Source of the DNA: Basidiobolus meristosporus CBS 931.73
Lineage: Eukaryota; Fungi; Basidiobolomycota
DNA length: 64,000 nt
NCBI GenBank assembly: GCA_002104905.1
Contig: MCFE01000001.1
Coordinates: 62,001 to 126,000, forward strand
Direction of reading: 5' to 3'
Under the pieces are notes generated by a model that saw only the letters and a program-made list of their open reading frames with translations, was not told where the DNA came from and did not search any database. A program made the translations under genes and the position numbers. Positions 26,654 to 37,162 of this stretch are shown here, piece by piece. The stretch's first letter is position 1. Each line of letters opens with the position of its first letter.

Positions 26654-29589
26654 TTGAGTGGGAGTGTTGTAAAATTTGTAATTCCACCTAAATATTTGCC
26701 TAACTTAGTCACTTAAATCATTACCCTTAAATCCTAGAGAATACTGACCAAATTCCTTGTTGGGATTTACTTGGAGTATTTTCACCAAAATACCAGGTAC
26801 CCAGAACATGAAAATTCTCAAAGTTGTCCAAACAGCCCCAAACTTTGCACACATGTTCTTGGGACCTTCCTTAACCTATTCTACGTGTTTGTAATGCCAA
26901 GACCAGGTAAAAGTATAAATACTACTTTTACATTCAATAAATCATTAAGTGAAAATCACATAATCTACTTGTTCTCCCAATCACTTCCAATATCTCCAAG
27001 ACTCTTACAACACTGGCACCTACTTAGAATACTTTTAGCTCATTCTGATGTACTTAAGATTTCTATTGATATACAGAACCTTCTGGAACACCATAATTAG
27101 TAATCACTTAGCTGGTTAGAAAAGTATATGAGAGAGGCAATCCCTCAACAATAAAGCATCATTCCTTTTATCAATATTCCAACCTGTTGGTTAGTGTGAT
27201 CACTGCAACCTGCTGCTACCTGACCTTCCAACCCTACACCACAGGACACTCCTAGGAAACTGCACTGACAGCCAACTGGCCTTGGAGGCACTACTTGTGA
27301 GGAATGCTTAGAGTAGGTATCTTCTATTATATTTGATTCTTTCCCAAGTTTGTACTTGTACAGGCAAAGATACTTCTCTGCCTTTGTAGCTATTGACCAC
27401 AGCTGTATTCTTATCAAGTCCCAGCAGGTGGATTTTACAGTTGTTTTGACTTTGGAAGCTTTAGTACATTGTCATCTCAAAGGACACTGAACCCAATATA
27501 TACTTTTGTTAAGATACCAACTAACTTGGAGATTGTAGCTCAATAACTTTCCATTGACAAGCTTGTGACTTTATTCCCCATCACATTAGATTAAAGACAG
27601 AACCCAAGTATTTCTTGCAAGCTTTTGCCAGAGGTTATTGCACCCAGTGAATGCCCCACACTAAATACACTTGAAAAGTGTTGGATGTATCTCTCCCTTG
27701 GACTTATACACCACCACATATTTGGCACCTAATGTGGGGGGGTTCATACAGGCTCCCTAGGACCCAACAAGATTTACCAGAAGATTTGAGCCATCATCCA
27801 CTTGCTGAGAAGAGACTACCAATATTATCAAGATTACAACACCAACCTACCTACCCAAAATGAACTCTATGCCATTACCACTCTCACATGGAGCCCCACA
27901 GCTTGATGGAAAGAATGCGGAAAGCTTCATACTCAAATGGGAGAAGCTCTGCAAGATTTGCAGCTTATCTGAACAAGAAATGGCTGAAGACTTCCCTACT
28001 ACTGCACCAAGGATATTACCACTAAGCTTCCCAGGCAAGGAGATGCTCTCACTAACTGGATCTTAATGAAGACCTACCTACAAACCATGTATGGTAGACC
28101 CCAGATATACTATGGAGTTGAAGACCTCAGACACTTTGGAAGGACTGGACTTCCAAGCCACCCCTTGAAGAGTTCATTCAACAGTATGAAGTCATGGCCA
28201 AGCCACTCCTAGAGTCCTGGGCTATAACTGAGCTTACCATGAAACTTTACCTTGCACAAGGGCTTCCCCAGTCCTTGGCAAGGAAAGTTGACTTACATGC
28301 AGCTAAGGATGACAGGTCTGGCATTCCATGCTTTGCAGAGACAAAGCATGTTTTCCTAGAGGCAAAGGAGACTTACACCTACATGAGACTTCTGAAGTCT
28401 AATCTGCCAGAGCAGTCAATCAAGGAACCAAGAAGTGCTGTTGCTGACAATTAGACTTAAACTACCAACAGAATTGATCAACTTGCTGAACAGCAACAAA
28501 AGCTAGCCCTCAAGATTATTGGCTCAGCTGAAGTAGCTACTAAGAGCCAAAGACCTTTGCCCATACACTGCATCTGGTGTGACTCTACTCAGCATGCAAG
28601 AAGAGAATGCTCAGAGCTTAATCAGCTACTTAGAGAAGGAGCTGTGCAGTTTGATGCTGATGGAATACCGGTTGACAGGGGAGGAAGAAGGATCCCCACA
28701 AATCTCCAAAGAGGAGGGGTGAGAGCTCTTTTCCAGAAATCTGACTCAGCAACCAGAAAGATCACTGTTGATGCCCCTATTGGGGCTCATACAGTGAGTC
28801 CAAGCAGCCCTGACAACAGACAATGCAAAGTTGATGCCTTTGCTACCAAAAGACACCTCCCTGAAGAACCTGCCAAGCCCACCCTTGGAAGACCATTGTT
28901 TGAAGAGCCCAAGGTTATCATTGCCAAGAGGCTTGGTATACAGCCCACCCAAGATCCATTGCCTCACTTTGAGATGACCTCAAAGATAGCAAGCAACTCA
29001 AGCCCTCAACTGATTACTGAGAAGCTGCTGAAGCAGAACCTCACTTTGTCTGTTGGAGAAATCATGAGTGTATCCCCAGTTGTTAGGAAGACCTTTGATA
29101 AGCAGCTTAGAACAAGACAACAAGCCATTGAAAATATGGACACCCATATAATTCAGACAAACCATGAAGACTACCAAGTGGATGGCAACACTACTGAGTA
29201 TAAGACCTTTTACTCAGTTGCAACTGCTGTGGTGAAAGGGTATATATATGATGACCCTGTTGACTGTCATATTGACAGTGGTTCAGAGATTTGTGTTGTG
29301 CTGCTAGACTTCTGGAAGGCCCTTAGAAGCAAGGAGCTACTGCCTGTTGATAGAGATATTGGATGGAACATGACTGATGTAAACTCAGGATCTAGTCCAC
29401 TCTATGGTGTAGTGCACAGGCTCCCTATTGAAGTACAAGGAATTAAGGTCTGGCTTCCCCTTTTATCTGCCAGAAGGCTAACTTTGACCCTTGGCTAGGC
29501 AGACTATGGGATACCAATACTAAGGCTGCAACCACCAATTACTTCAATGGGTCAGTGTGGTGTTCTAATCAAGGATCAAACCCATAGCT

Positions 29590-31083
29590 ACAGTCAATGT
29601 TCTGTGGTGTAACAATTTAATAATAATGTGTGTGAGTTATGGAGTAAATTCCCTTGATCTACAACATTTGACAGCAATACCAGCCATTGTGCCCAGAAAA
29701 GCCTGCTATCTTGCTGATGGCTGGGGTATCCAATGCAAATAACAATACATGCTTTTACCTGACGGCCATTTACTGTTATCCCACTGGAAAGCATACAAAA
29801 TGCATCCAGCAATGGATACAGGTAGCTATCCAGGTTGGATGGTGATTTAGGCCCAGATACCAGTGAGACTATCATCAGATTATTGCTCTGTTACTGTAAG
29901 ATGGGTGATAGATTCAGATTGATGAGAATCAATGGCCAGCAGGACTTGCCAGTAGAGTACTTGTTTAATAAGAGTCCATTAAGTGCTAAAGTAAAGGCAT
30001 GGCCATACATACCTTCAAGGTAGCCCTTGCTTCTTAGCTGTTTGTAATGTTGACCTTTGAATATATTGGATATGTTTACGCTTGATTGATACTGAGTGTG
30101 GTACTGTATATCCTTGCAATATTTGTTGGACTGCATCAGCTTCCTCAGATGGGGTATGACCAGAATATATCTGGAGTGTGAATAATGTTTCCCTCAATGG
30201 TTGTGAATTCCTGACAATTTGGACATGTTGTAATGGTAGCATTTTTGGATGTGAATGCCATGCAACTGTTAACACATGCTGGAATCAGGACAGTCTCTGG
30301 ATCATATGTTGCCAGCAGCAGGATAGTTATCAACTTGTACCATGTACATGGTAAGATGCATCCTGGTATGATTTTGGCAAGAAGTAGTAATGAATTCTCA
30401 AAGCCCCCATTACTGATATTAGTGGATATGCACCACTTCTCTTGCCACAGCATTGCATTATTTACCAGTAGATGGATTACTGGGCTCACTTGGCTCCATA
30501 AAGTATCCTTGGCATTTGTTTCAACAGATGCTGTCTCATTGCAAATAGGAATTTTACTGGGCTCATGCATGGTAGTGTAGTTAGGAAGATAGGCTCAATA
30601 TTCATCAGTGAGCCTTCTTTGTCAGAGCTATCACTCTGCATGCCATATTTAGAAGGTTGAGGTGAGCCTTAAGGTGTCACAAACTCATCTGACACAGTTT
30701 GTGCAAGGTGACAAAGATGGCCAGGTGCCAATACAGAAGTATCAACTGGGTGGCAAGATAATGTTGATACAGTAGTGATCAATGAATGGTCAAATATAAC
30801 TTTGGTGGTAAAACACTGGCTGTGATCCTTGCAATACTTCCTATGCTGTCTGCATGTTGCATGGCTAGGAGGCTTGCCACAATAGCCACATGGTCTTTTT
30901 TCTCTTCTCTTACAGCGTTAAGTCAAAGTAGTCTTATCCATGGAGCAAACAGTGTGACCTTCAGCAATGTAATGCTATTATATCACTTCTTGGCCAATAC
31001 TCATGTAAACTCAAGACAGTCTTGTATTTGAGACATTGCACCTACATGAATGTAAGATTCAATGATGACCCGCCATAGTAAGC
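29590..31083 (-). pseudogene. 5' part of the CACTA-type transposase, copy 2
   Basis: IFKGQHY..LALNGL..CWPLILINLNL and SGPKSPSNLDSYLYPLLD; inverted DNA homology to 7840-9340. Confidence 0.8.
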
Positions 31084-31269
31084 ATTAGACTTGTTCCGTT
31101 GGATAGTGCCACATAGCGCCAGCCTGTTTATAGTGCCGGATCAATCTGGCACCCTACAGCACTATCTGGCACAATAATTTCTACCATGATGTCAGTGGTA
31201 TGATACAGTTACTGGTAATTTTACTCAATCTTACTTATGTTGCTCAGAATAGTGCTTTCCTTGCTTTAT

Positions 31270-32154
31270 TTACTCTTCATAATGCTCCAGACACATTTCT
31301 CTCAGTGGATGTCTTCTTGTATGAACATACTGTGCATTAATAAGTATCTTAACTATTTTACCTATTCTGCTGTTTTCACCTATATATGACTTTCCTCTGT
31401 ATTTACCTGCCAATATGCTGAATCTCTTCAGATATCCAAATGTGTGCTCTACCCTTACTCTGAAATGATTAAATATCTCATTGTAGAGCTTCTGCTTCCT
31501 GCTAAGCACACCATTCCTTGGCTTCCTATAAGCTGTAATACATCCTAATCTCTGACAATCCTCTCCTATATAGGCTAAGTCTGCCATACATTTCTCCCCT
31601 CTACTGAATTCAGGATGATTCTCTACCCAGAGTGCTCTGTCATGCCTACTTCCAGCAAATGGCCCACTAAACCAGATGATGTTACCCTCAATGTCAGACA
31701 GTGCTTGAAACTTCACACAGTGTGCCTTGTACTTGCCAGAATAAAAGTGCCTCTGCCCTCTAGAAGGTCTGTTAATCCTCACTGGGAAGGTATCCAAAAT
31801 ACTCCTGATATGGAACCTGTTGCTGAACACTCTGGGATATGGAAGTCTATTGGAGCTTCTGAACCTAGTATTCCAAGCTTGCTCTAAGTCATTCATACCC
31901 TCTGCAAGGTGGTTCTCCATTGCTGTCAGCTGGGAATGAAAGCTTCTAGGACTTTTGTTGCCATGGATGGTGGGATGAAACCTTGTAGGGCAATAGTTCT
32001 TGTAATAGCAGAGAAGCTTAACAAGGAATCTCCTTGAGTAGATTGGGGTTGATGGTCCACAGTACTTGGTATAGATCTCCTCCAGTGTGTCAAAAGGAAA
32101 TCCAGTGGTAGTGATGGGATTGATGAGAAAAGACCATTCAGATGAGTAAGTCAT
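31270..32154 (-). CDS. DDE_Tnp_4-type transposase, 294 aa, intact
   Basis: SILDTFP (D), YSGKYKAHCVKFQ..SGPFAGSRHD, MADLAY (D) and YN..FNHFRVRVEHTFGYLKRF (E). Confidence 0.9.
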   Translation of the reverse strand: MTYSSEWSFLINPITTTGFPFDTLEEIYTKYCGPSTPIYSRRFLVKLLCYYKNYCPTRFHPTIHGNKSPRSFHSQLTAMENHLAEGMNDLEQAWNTRFRSSNRLPYPRVFSNRFHIRSILDTFPVRINRPSRGQRHFYSGKYKAHCVKFQALSDIEGNIIWFSGPFAGSRHDRALWVENHPEFSRGEKCMADLAYIGEDCQRLGCITAYRKPRNGVLSRKQKLYNEIFNHFRVRVEHTFGYLKRFSILAGKYRGKSYIGENSRIGKIVKILINAQYVHTRRHPLREMCLEHYEE

Positions 32155-32513
32155 ATTAAAATTGATGGATGATTGTATAGAGGCGGTTTGAATTGATTTA
32201 GCGCAATCTGCATTATTTATCTGATTTTTAACACATTATGGTTAAATCTCCATCAATTGCCATGTATCCCATCATTATGTCGCAAAAATCATCCGCAAAC
32301 AATACCTTGGTACTTTTATTGATGCTTTAATTATAGGTCTATAATCAAATAGGAAATCTGCAATTGATGTGATCTGATCCGTGTCAATGCAATCCAAGAT
32401 GCATCATGCATAATATATGGAAAATTCAACAATCACTTTAGTTTTCATATATATTTCATATAAGACCAGGTTGATGCCAATATACTGCTGTATAAGTATC
32501 CAAATCCGTTGCT

Positions 32514-33746
32514 ATGGTCCCCATACCAAGCCTCAACTCATCTTTAGTACAACCCAGACAAAACCCATCCCCCAGCTCACAAGCGCGGTCCAGACCAGAA
32601 AAGTCAATGTTGGATCCGTTTGAGTTCTTGCCAAATGATTTTAGTATGGCCCAAGTGTCTATGATGAGCCTTCATACAGATATTTGGACACTACTGATTA
32701 ATCTAGCAGAACCAGATACCTTAGAGAGTTGACAAAGATGGAAGAATTTGAGTAGAAAGCTGTGGCATGAGTTCTACATCAAGATGCCAGCCAATGTATG
32801 TAAAAAGATATATAACAAGACAAGTATTGAAATCAAGAATGAGCTGAGAGTAAAGGGATTTGACAAAGAAGCCGCGCGGGAACAATTTTGCGCGCAATTT
32901 GCACAGTACAGGCCGGACACGTCCGTTTGGGCCTCAACTTTGGGAACCAAAGAGATTTTGAATGAGTTTTTGCCTCAAATGACTAATGTACTACGTGGTA
33001 TATTAGTAGAGCTAAGTGGCTTCCAAGAGCAATATACACAGGACTCATCCAGGCAACAGCTCCAAAGTATCAGACAGAGGGTAAGTGAATACCTTGAGGA
33101 ATCCAATGGTGAGCTTCAGGAGGAAGAATACAGACCGCAAGCAACATCGTCCAGATTGCGCCAGCACACCTTGCTGGATTCCCTACCATCTCTTGCAACC
33201 ACAGCGCACCGGCGCACGTCAGTCCAGACTACGCCAACACCCTTTACCAGAACACCCTGCGTTGGGTCAACACACGCGCTTCAGAGCAAAACTACAAGAA
33301 CTTGCCAAACTGCTCATTTAGACACAAGTCCATTGGAGCGGACCAAGTTGCATCAACATGCGGCATCACATTGAACTCAGCCAAGGGCCATCTCAACGCA
33401 TCAAGGCGCGCCTGCGTGTGCTGTTTTGCCTGACCATCAGCAAGTTACTTCTGGTGAACTGACTGATGATGACCAACATGAAGTGCCTCAACCGCCGGAG
33501 CCCTTGGCAAGTAAAAGAACATGCCAGCACATGGCACTACAGGCCGGTTCAGTTGGTTCAGTTGGAGCAATTCAGCGCGGCCAAGCTGCAGCATTGCACT
33601 CATCAACTAGGAGGCAAAATACTGACTACAAATACACAAGTAGCCAAGATGATAGTCAGCCAGGAAGTAGTATAGGTGTGCAAAGTGAGTCACTACCAAA
33701 TGCTTCAGTAGTAATCCCTGTGAAAAAAAAACCCAGGAGAAGATGA
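32514..33746 (+). pseudogene. Accessory ORF of the PHIS element (~410 codons) with two in-frame TGA stops
   Basis: ORFs 32514..32732, 32748..33374 and 33426..33746 share one frame and are separated only by single TGA codons at 32730 and 33372. Confidence 0.65.
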
Positions 33747-34472
33747 TGCCATTGCTTTGAATTGCTCACATTTGTAATGATCCCAACAACCCTTTTTTTT
33801 TGCAATCCAAATTGAGCCATTGCAAATCAGTGATCATCAAATTTTTGATATAAGTAATATCAAGGTCATCTCACATTTGAGACAGAACCCCTATAAATAA
33901 ACACCCTGCATATATATATGTCATCTGTAATACCAGTGCAGCTATTGGATTTGTTTTGCACCTACACAATTGCTTGTGTGCTAGCTATGACACCTTGTCC
34001 AGTCACCAGGATCAGGGATTTACTTGCTCAATTGGCAAAATGGGATATTTGATGGCAAATCAGGTAGCTTTTTCAGTAGTCAATGAGCCAATTGGGGGCT
34101 GCCAGCTTCAGGATACTTTTGGACCAATTAACCACTGAGATACCGTCCAATTCGAGTGAGGGTAACCAAAATGGTAAGTATCAGTGTAGTTTATAGTGTG
34201 ATACACATTTATTTCCATTTACATTAAAGAAACATATCCAAATACCGGATTTTACCTGCCATTATAGCGGTATCCAATTGCGCACGTGATGCAAACATTA
34301 CAAGTTGGCGCAATCATCCGCGTCAACCTCATTGTGTCAGATTGTGCCATAGTGTGTGAGATTGTCCAAGAACAATCCTGCCTTCTGGTAGCTATAATAT
34401 TGCGCCCAATTGTTCTTTGCAACCGCGGATTGCGCCATGCGCCCTGGCATGGTACAATGGAACAAGTCTATT

Positions 34473-36750
34473 ATAAATAAAGTTGTGGCACCACATTCAC
34501 AAAATACATGTAACACTATTTCCCCATTTGTTTGACTCACTTCCACATATATGCTGCCAAAAAGTAAAGCAAAGTTGTCTGGTTCCCAGCTAAACCCCAC
34601 CACTGATGGCTACAGAAGAATGGTTGGACCACAGCTTGCTTTGACATTCAGTGCAACAAGCGGGTGACATCCAAAAAAGGCCCTGTGGACAGTGTGCCCA
34701 TTGAGGGTAATACTGCAAACTCCTCAGGCTTTCAGTCAAGTAGGCAATTGAGAACCTCTGTGGAGCCACAAGCTGATTGTTATGCTCAGGCAGATGACAA
34801 TGTAGCAAATGCAGTACCCTCAGCTGAAGACCAGCAAGTGGCCATAATAACATCATCACCACCCATATTAGCAAGTATGTTGTGAGCTCATATCAAAGCA
34901 TTAATGAAGCAATTAGATGCAGTGACTGATACAATAGATGCAATGGCCCAGAGAAATCAGGAAATAGTCCAGAAACAGGATGAGCGGATAATACATGTGG
35001 AGCAATCAATATCACAGGTAGAGAAAGCAGTATTGTTGCTGCAAAGAAGGAACTCAAGTAGCTCAGTGTCACAGCCAAGAATTGAGCCATCTCCCAATGA
35101 AACAGCAGAGAAACACCATACAGTCTTTGAAACACAACAACAGTGCTTGAAGATGAAGCCCACCAAAAAATCTATCACAGCATGGGAGGGAGACAATGTG
35201 GTGTCTATACCAAAGCCTAAGAATCAAAAGTCATTGAAGATCTGTGATGCCATACAGTGCAATAATGAAGGGTGTACTAAAATACAAGAGGCTGTCAGAA
35301 GTCTAGCATGCCATCACCTTAAGGCCAGCATACCATGGGACCATCAGGAACTCAAGGCCAAGCAGAATATATTTGACTTGTTCCATGAGCATTATCCTGG
35401 ATTCAAACAGGCAAACAGATTTTGGGCAAGCATTGGTATGCTAAGAAAGTATCTTCAGAATAACAGAAACTGTCAAAGACAGAAGAATAAGGGTGCCATG
35501 GCTAAAAACCAGTGGCTTCCTTAAGAGCCCATTACTAGTCAGGCCCAAAGCTCCAGACAAGTGTCAAGGAGATGTCAGGTAGCTGGAAGAGCACCAAATA
35601 GGGACAAGCAGGCAGATGCATATGCACCAGCACAATATTTATCAAGGAAAAAGTGTAGTACCACTCAAGCAGCACCCAGTTAAAGTACCAGTGATGGATC
35701 TGGCAGTGATAAAAACCAGCTGCTTTTACAGGAGCCCATCACAACTGTGGTTGAGAGCCCAAAACAAGCGGAAAAGAAATGTCAGGTTGCAAGAAGAGTG
35801 CCAGCAAGGGACAAGCAGGCCAAAACAGATATGTCAGAGCAGAATCTATCCAGGAGACAACATAGTTCTTTACAAGAAGCACCCTAAGTAGCAGTGATAT
35901 ACCTGGCAGTGACAAAGGAAAAGGTAAAGGGAAAAATGTCTACCCAAGCCTTTGTCAGGGAGGCATGCAAAGAAACTGCAGCTCTTGCCAATTAACACCG
36001 CAAACCTGGAGCAGAGTGAGTCCCATCATAGCCAAGAAGAATTACCAACAAGAACACAGCTGTTTTCACAAGAGGTGGAGGCACAGCCAGTTGAGCTACA
36101 CTTCAGCAGGGTAGATGAGTTTGCTGAAAAAGACAATTAATCTACCACAGCCTCCATATCCTCCATTTTTGACAGAGTGGAGATCCCACTGACAGTCAAG
36201 GCTACAATGTCAAGAGCTCAAAAGACTATCACAATGCCTTCAATGGAGTTTGGGAACATTAATAGGCACACCAAGAGGTTGCAGCATGTCTTCAAGAGCA
36301 GTGCTCAAGAAAACGCTCTGAAATATTGCAAGGATTTATTGCAAAGACTGGCAGATGAGGTGCTAAACCTTGCAGTGCCAGCTGAAGACCAGGACATGTA
36401 GGAACCAGTGAGTGAACAGTGGCATAAAGCCATTGGGTTCCTGCCAAAGTTGTGGAACCACAGGGTTACAGCAGAAATACTTATTGAGTGGTGGATTTTA
36501 ATGGAGTTACTTGCTGAGTGTGGGGTTGGGCTTAATGTTAGTGTAGGGTATAGGGACCTGTATAGTTCAATATAATGGGCAAGTGAGGTACAACTGAAGT
36601 TTCAACAGAAATAAATCAATTTGTACGCATGAAAAGTAAGAGATACGGTTGAGTCAGGAAGTAAATAGTGTGAAAAAGAGGCAATAGCCAATCAATTCAC
36701 ACAAATGTAGGAGGCAATAGAGTGTCCAGGATCAGAAAGTGTTATTGATA
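34473..36750 (+). pseudogene. Accessory gene region of the CACTA-like unit, copy 2
   Basis: Inverted homology to 5600-7830; ORF 34904..35524 has a coiled coil and IPWDHQ..YPGF..WASIGMLRKYLQNNR. Confidence 0.6.
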
Positions 36751-36814
36751 CACATAAGCAATAATACAAATACCTGAACTGGATGAGCTGCATATGTACT
36801 TATTCAGGTGGCCT

Positions 36815-37162
36815 TGTTGTAAAATTTGTATTTCCACCTAAATATTCACCTAACTTAGTCACTTAGATCATTACCTTCAAATCCTAGAGAATACTGACCA
36901 AATTCCTTGTTGGGATTTACTTAGAATATTTTCACCAAAATACCAGGTACCCAGAGCATGATAATTCTCAAAGTTGTCCAAACTGCCCCAAACTTTGCAC
37001 ACATGTTCTTGGGACCTTCCTTAACCTATTCTATGTGTTTGTAATGCCAAGACCAGGTAAAAGTATAAATACTACTTTTACATTCAGTAAATCATTAAGT
37101 GAAAACCACATAATCTACTTGTTCTCCCAATCACTTCCAATATCTCCAAGACTCTTACAACA
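36815..37162 (+). repeat. Solo LTR of the 22332-27012 copia family (348 bp)
   Basis: Full-length match to both LTRs; flanks ggcct/gagaa are not a TSD. Confidence 0.95.

Larger units (their letters stand above)
22332..27012 (+). mobile_element. Near-intact full-length Ty1/copia retrotransposon (4681 bp)
   Basis: 348-bp TG...CA LTRs (22332-22679, 26665-27012; 16 differences by eye), TSD CTGGC (22327-22331, 27013-27017), PBS ggttatgagccc and PPT gagtgggag. Confidence 0.97.
21962..29590 (+). mobile_element. Gypsy family-C 5' part: LTR split by the copia insertion, decayed gag with CCHC knuckle and aspartic protease; truncated at ~29.6 kb
   Basis: LDGKNAESFILKWEKLC, CIWCDSTQHARREC and CHIDSGSEICVV in ORFs 27860..28066 and 28557..29498. 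Confidence 0.7.
31087..34469. mobile_element. PIF/Harbinger-type (PHIS) DNA transposon, 3383 bp, two divergent ORFs
   Basis: 15-bp TIRs agacttgttcc(g/a)ttg; ATT TSD (31084-31086, 34470-34472) confirmed by the empty site in the paralogous copy near 7825-7855. Confidence 0.9.

Noticed and set aside
22332-37162. Long direct repeats as a CRISPR or satellite array
   Set aside because: They are 348-bp LTRs; there is no short repeat-spacer periodicity anywhere in the window.
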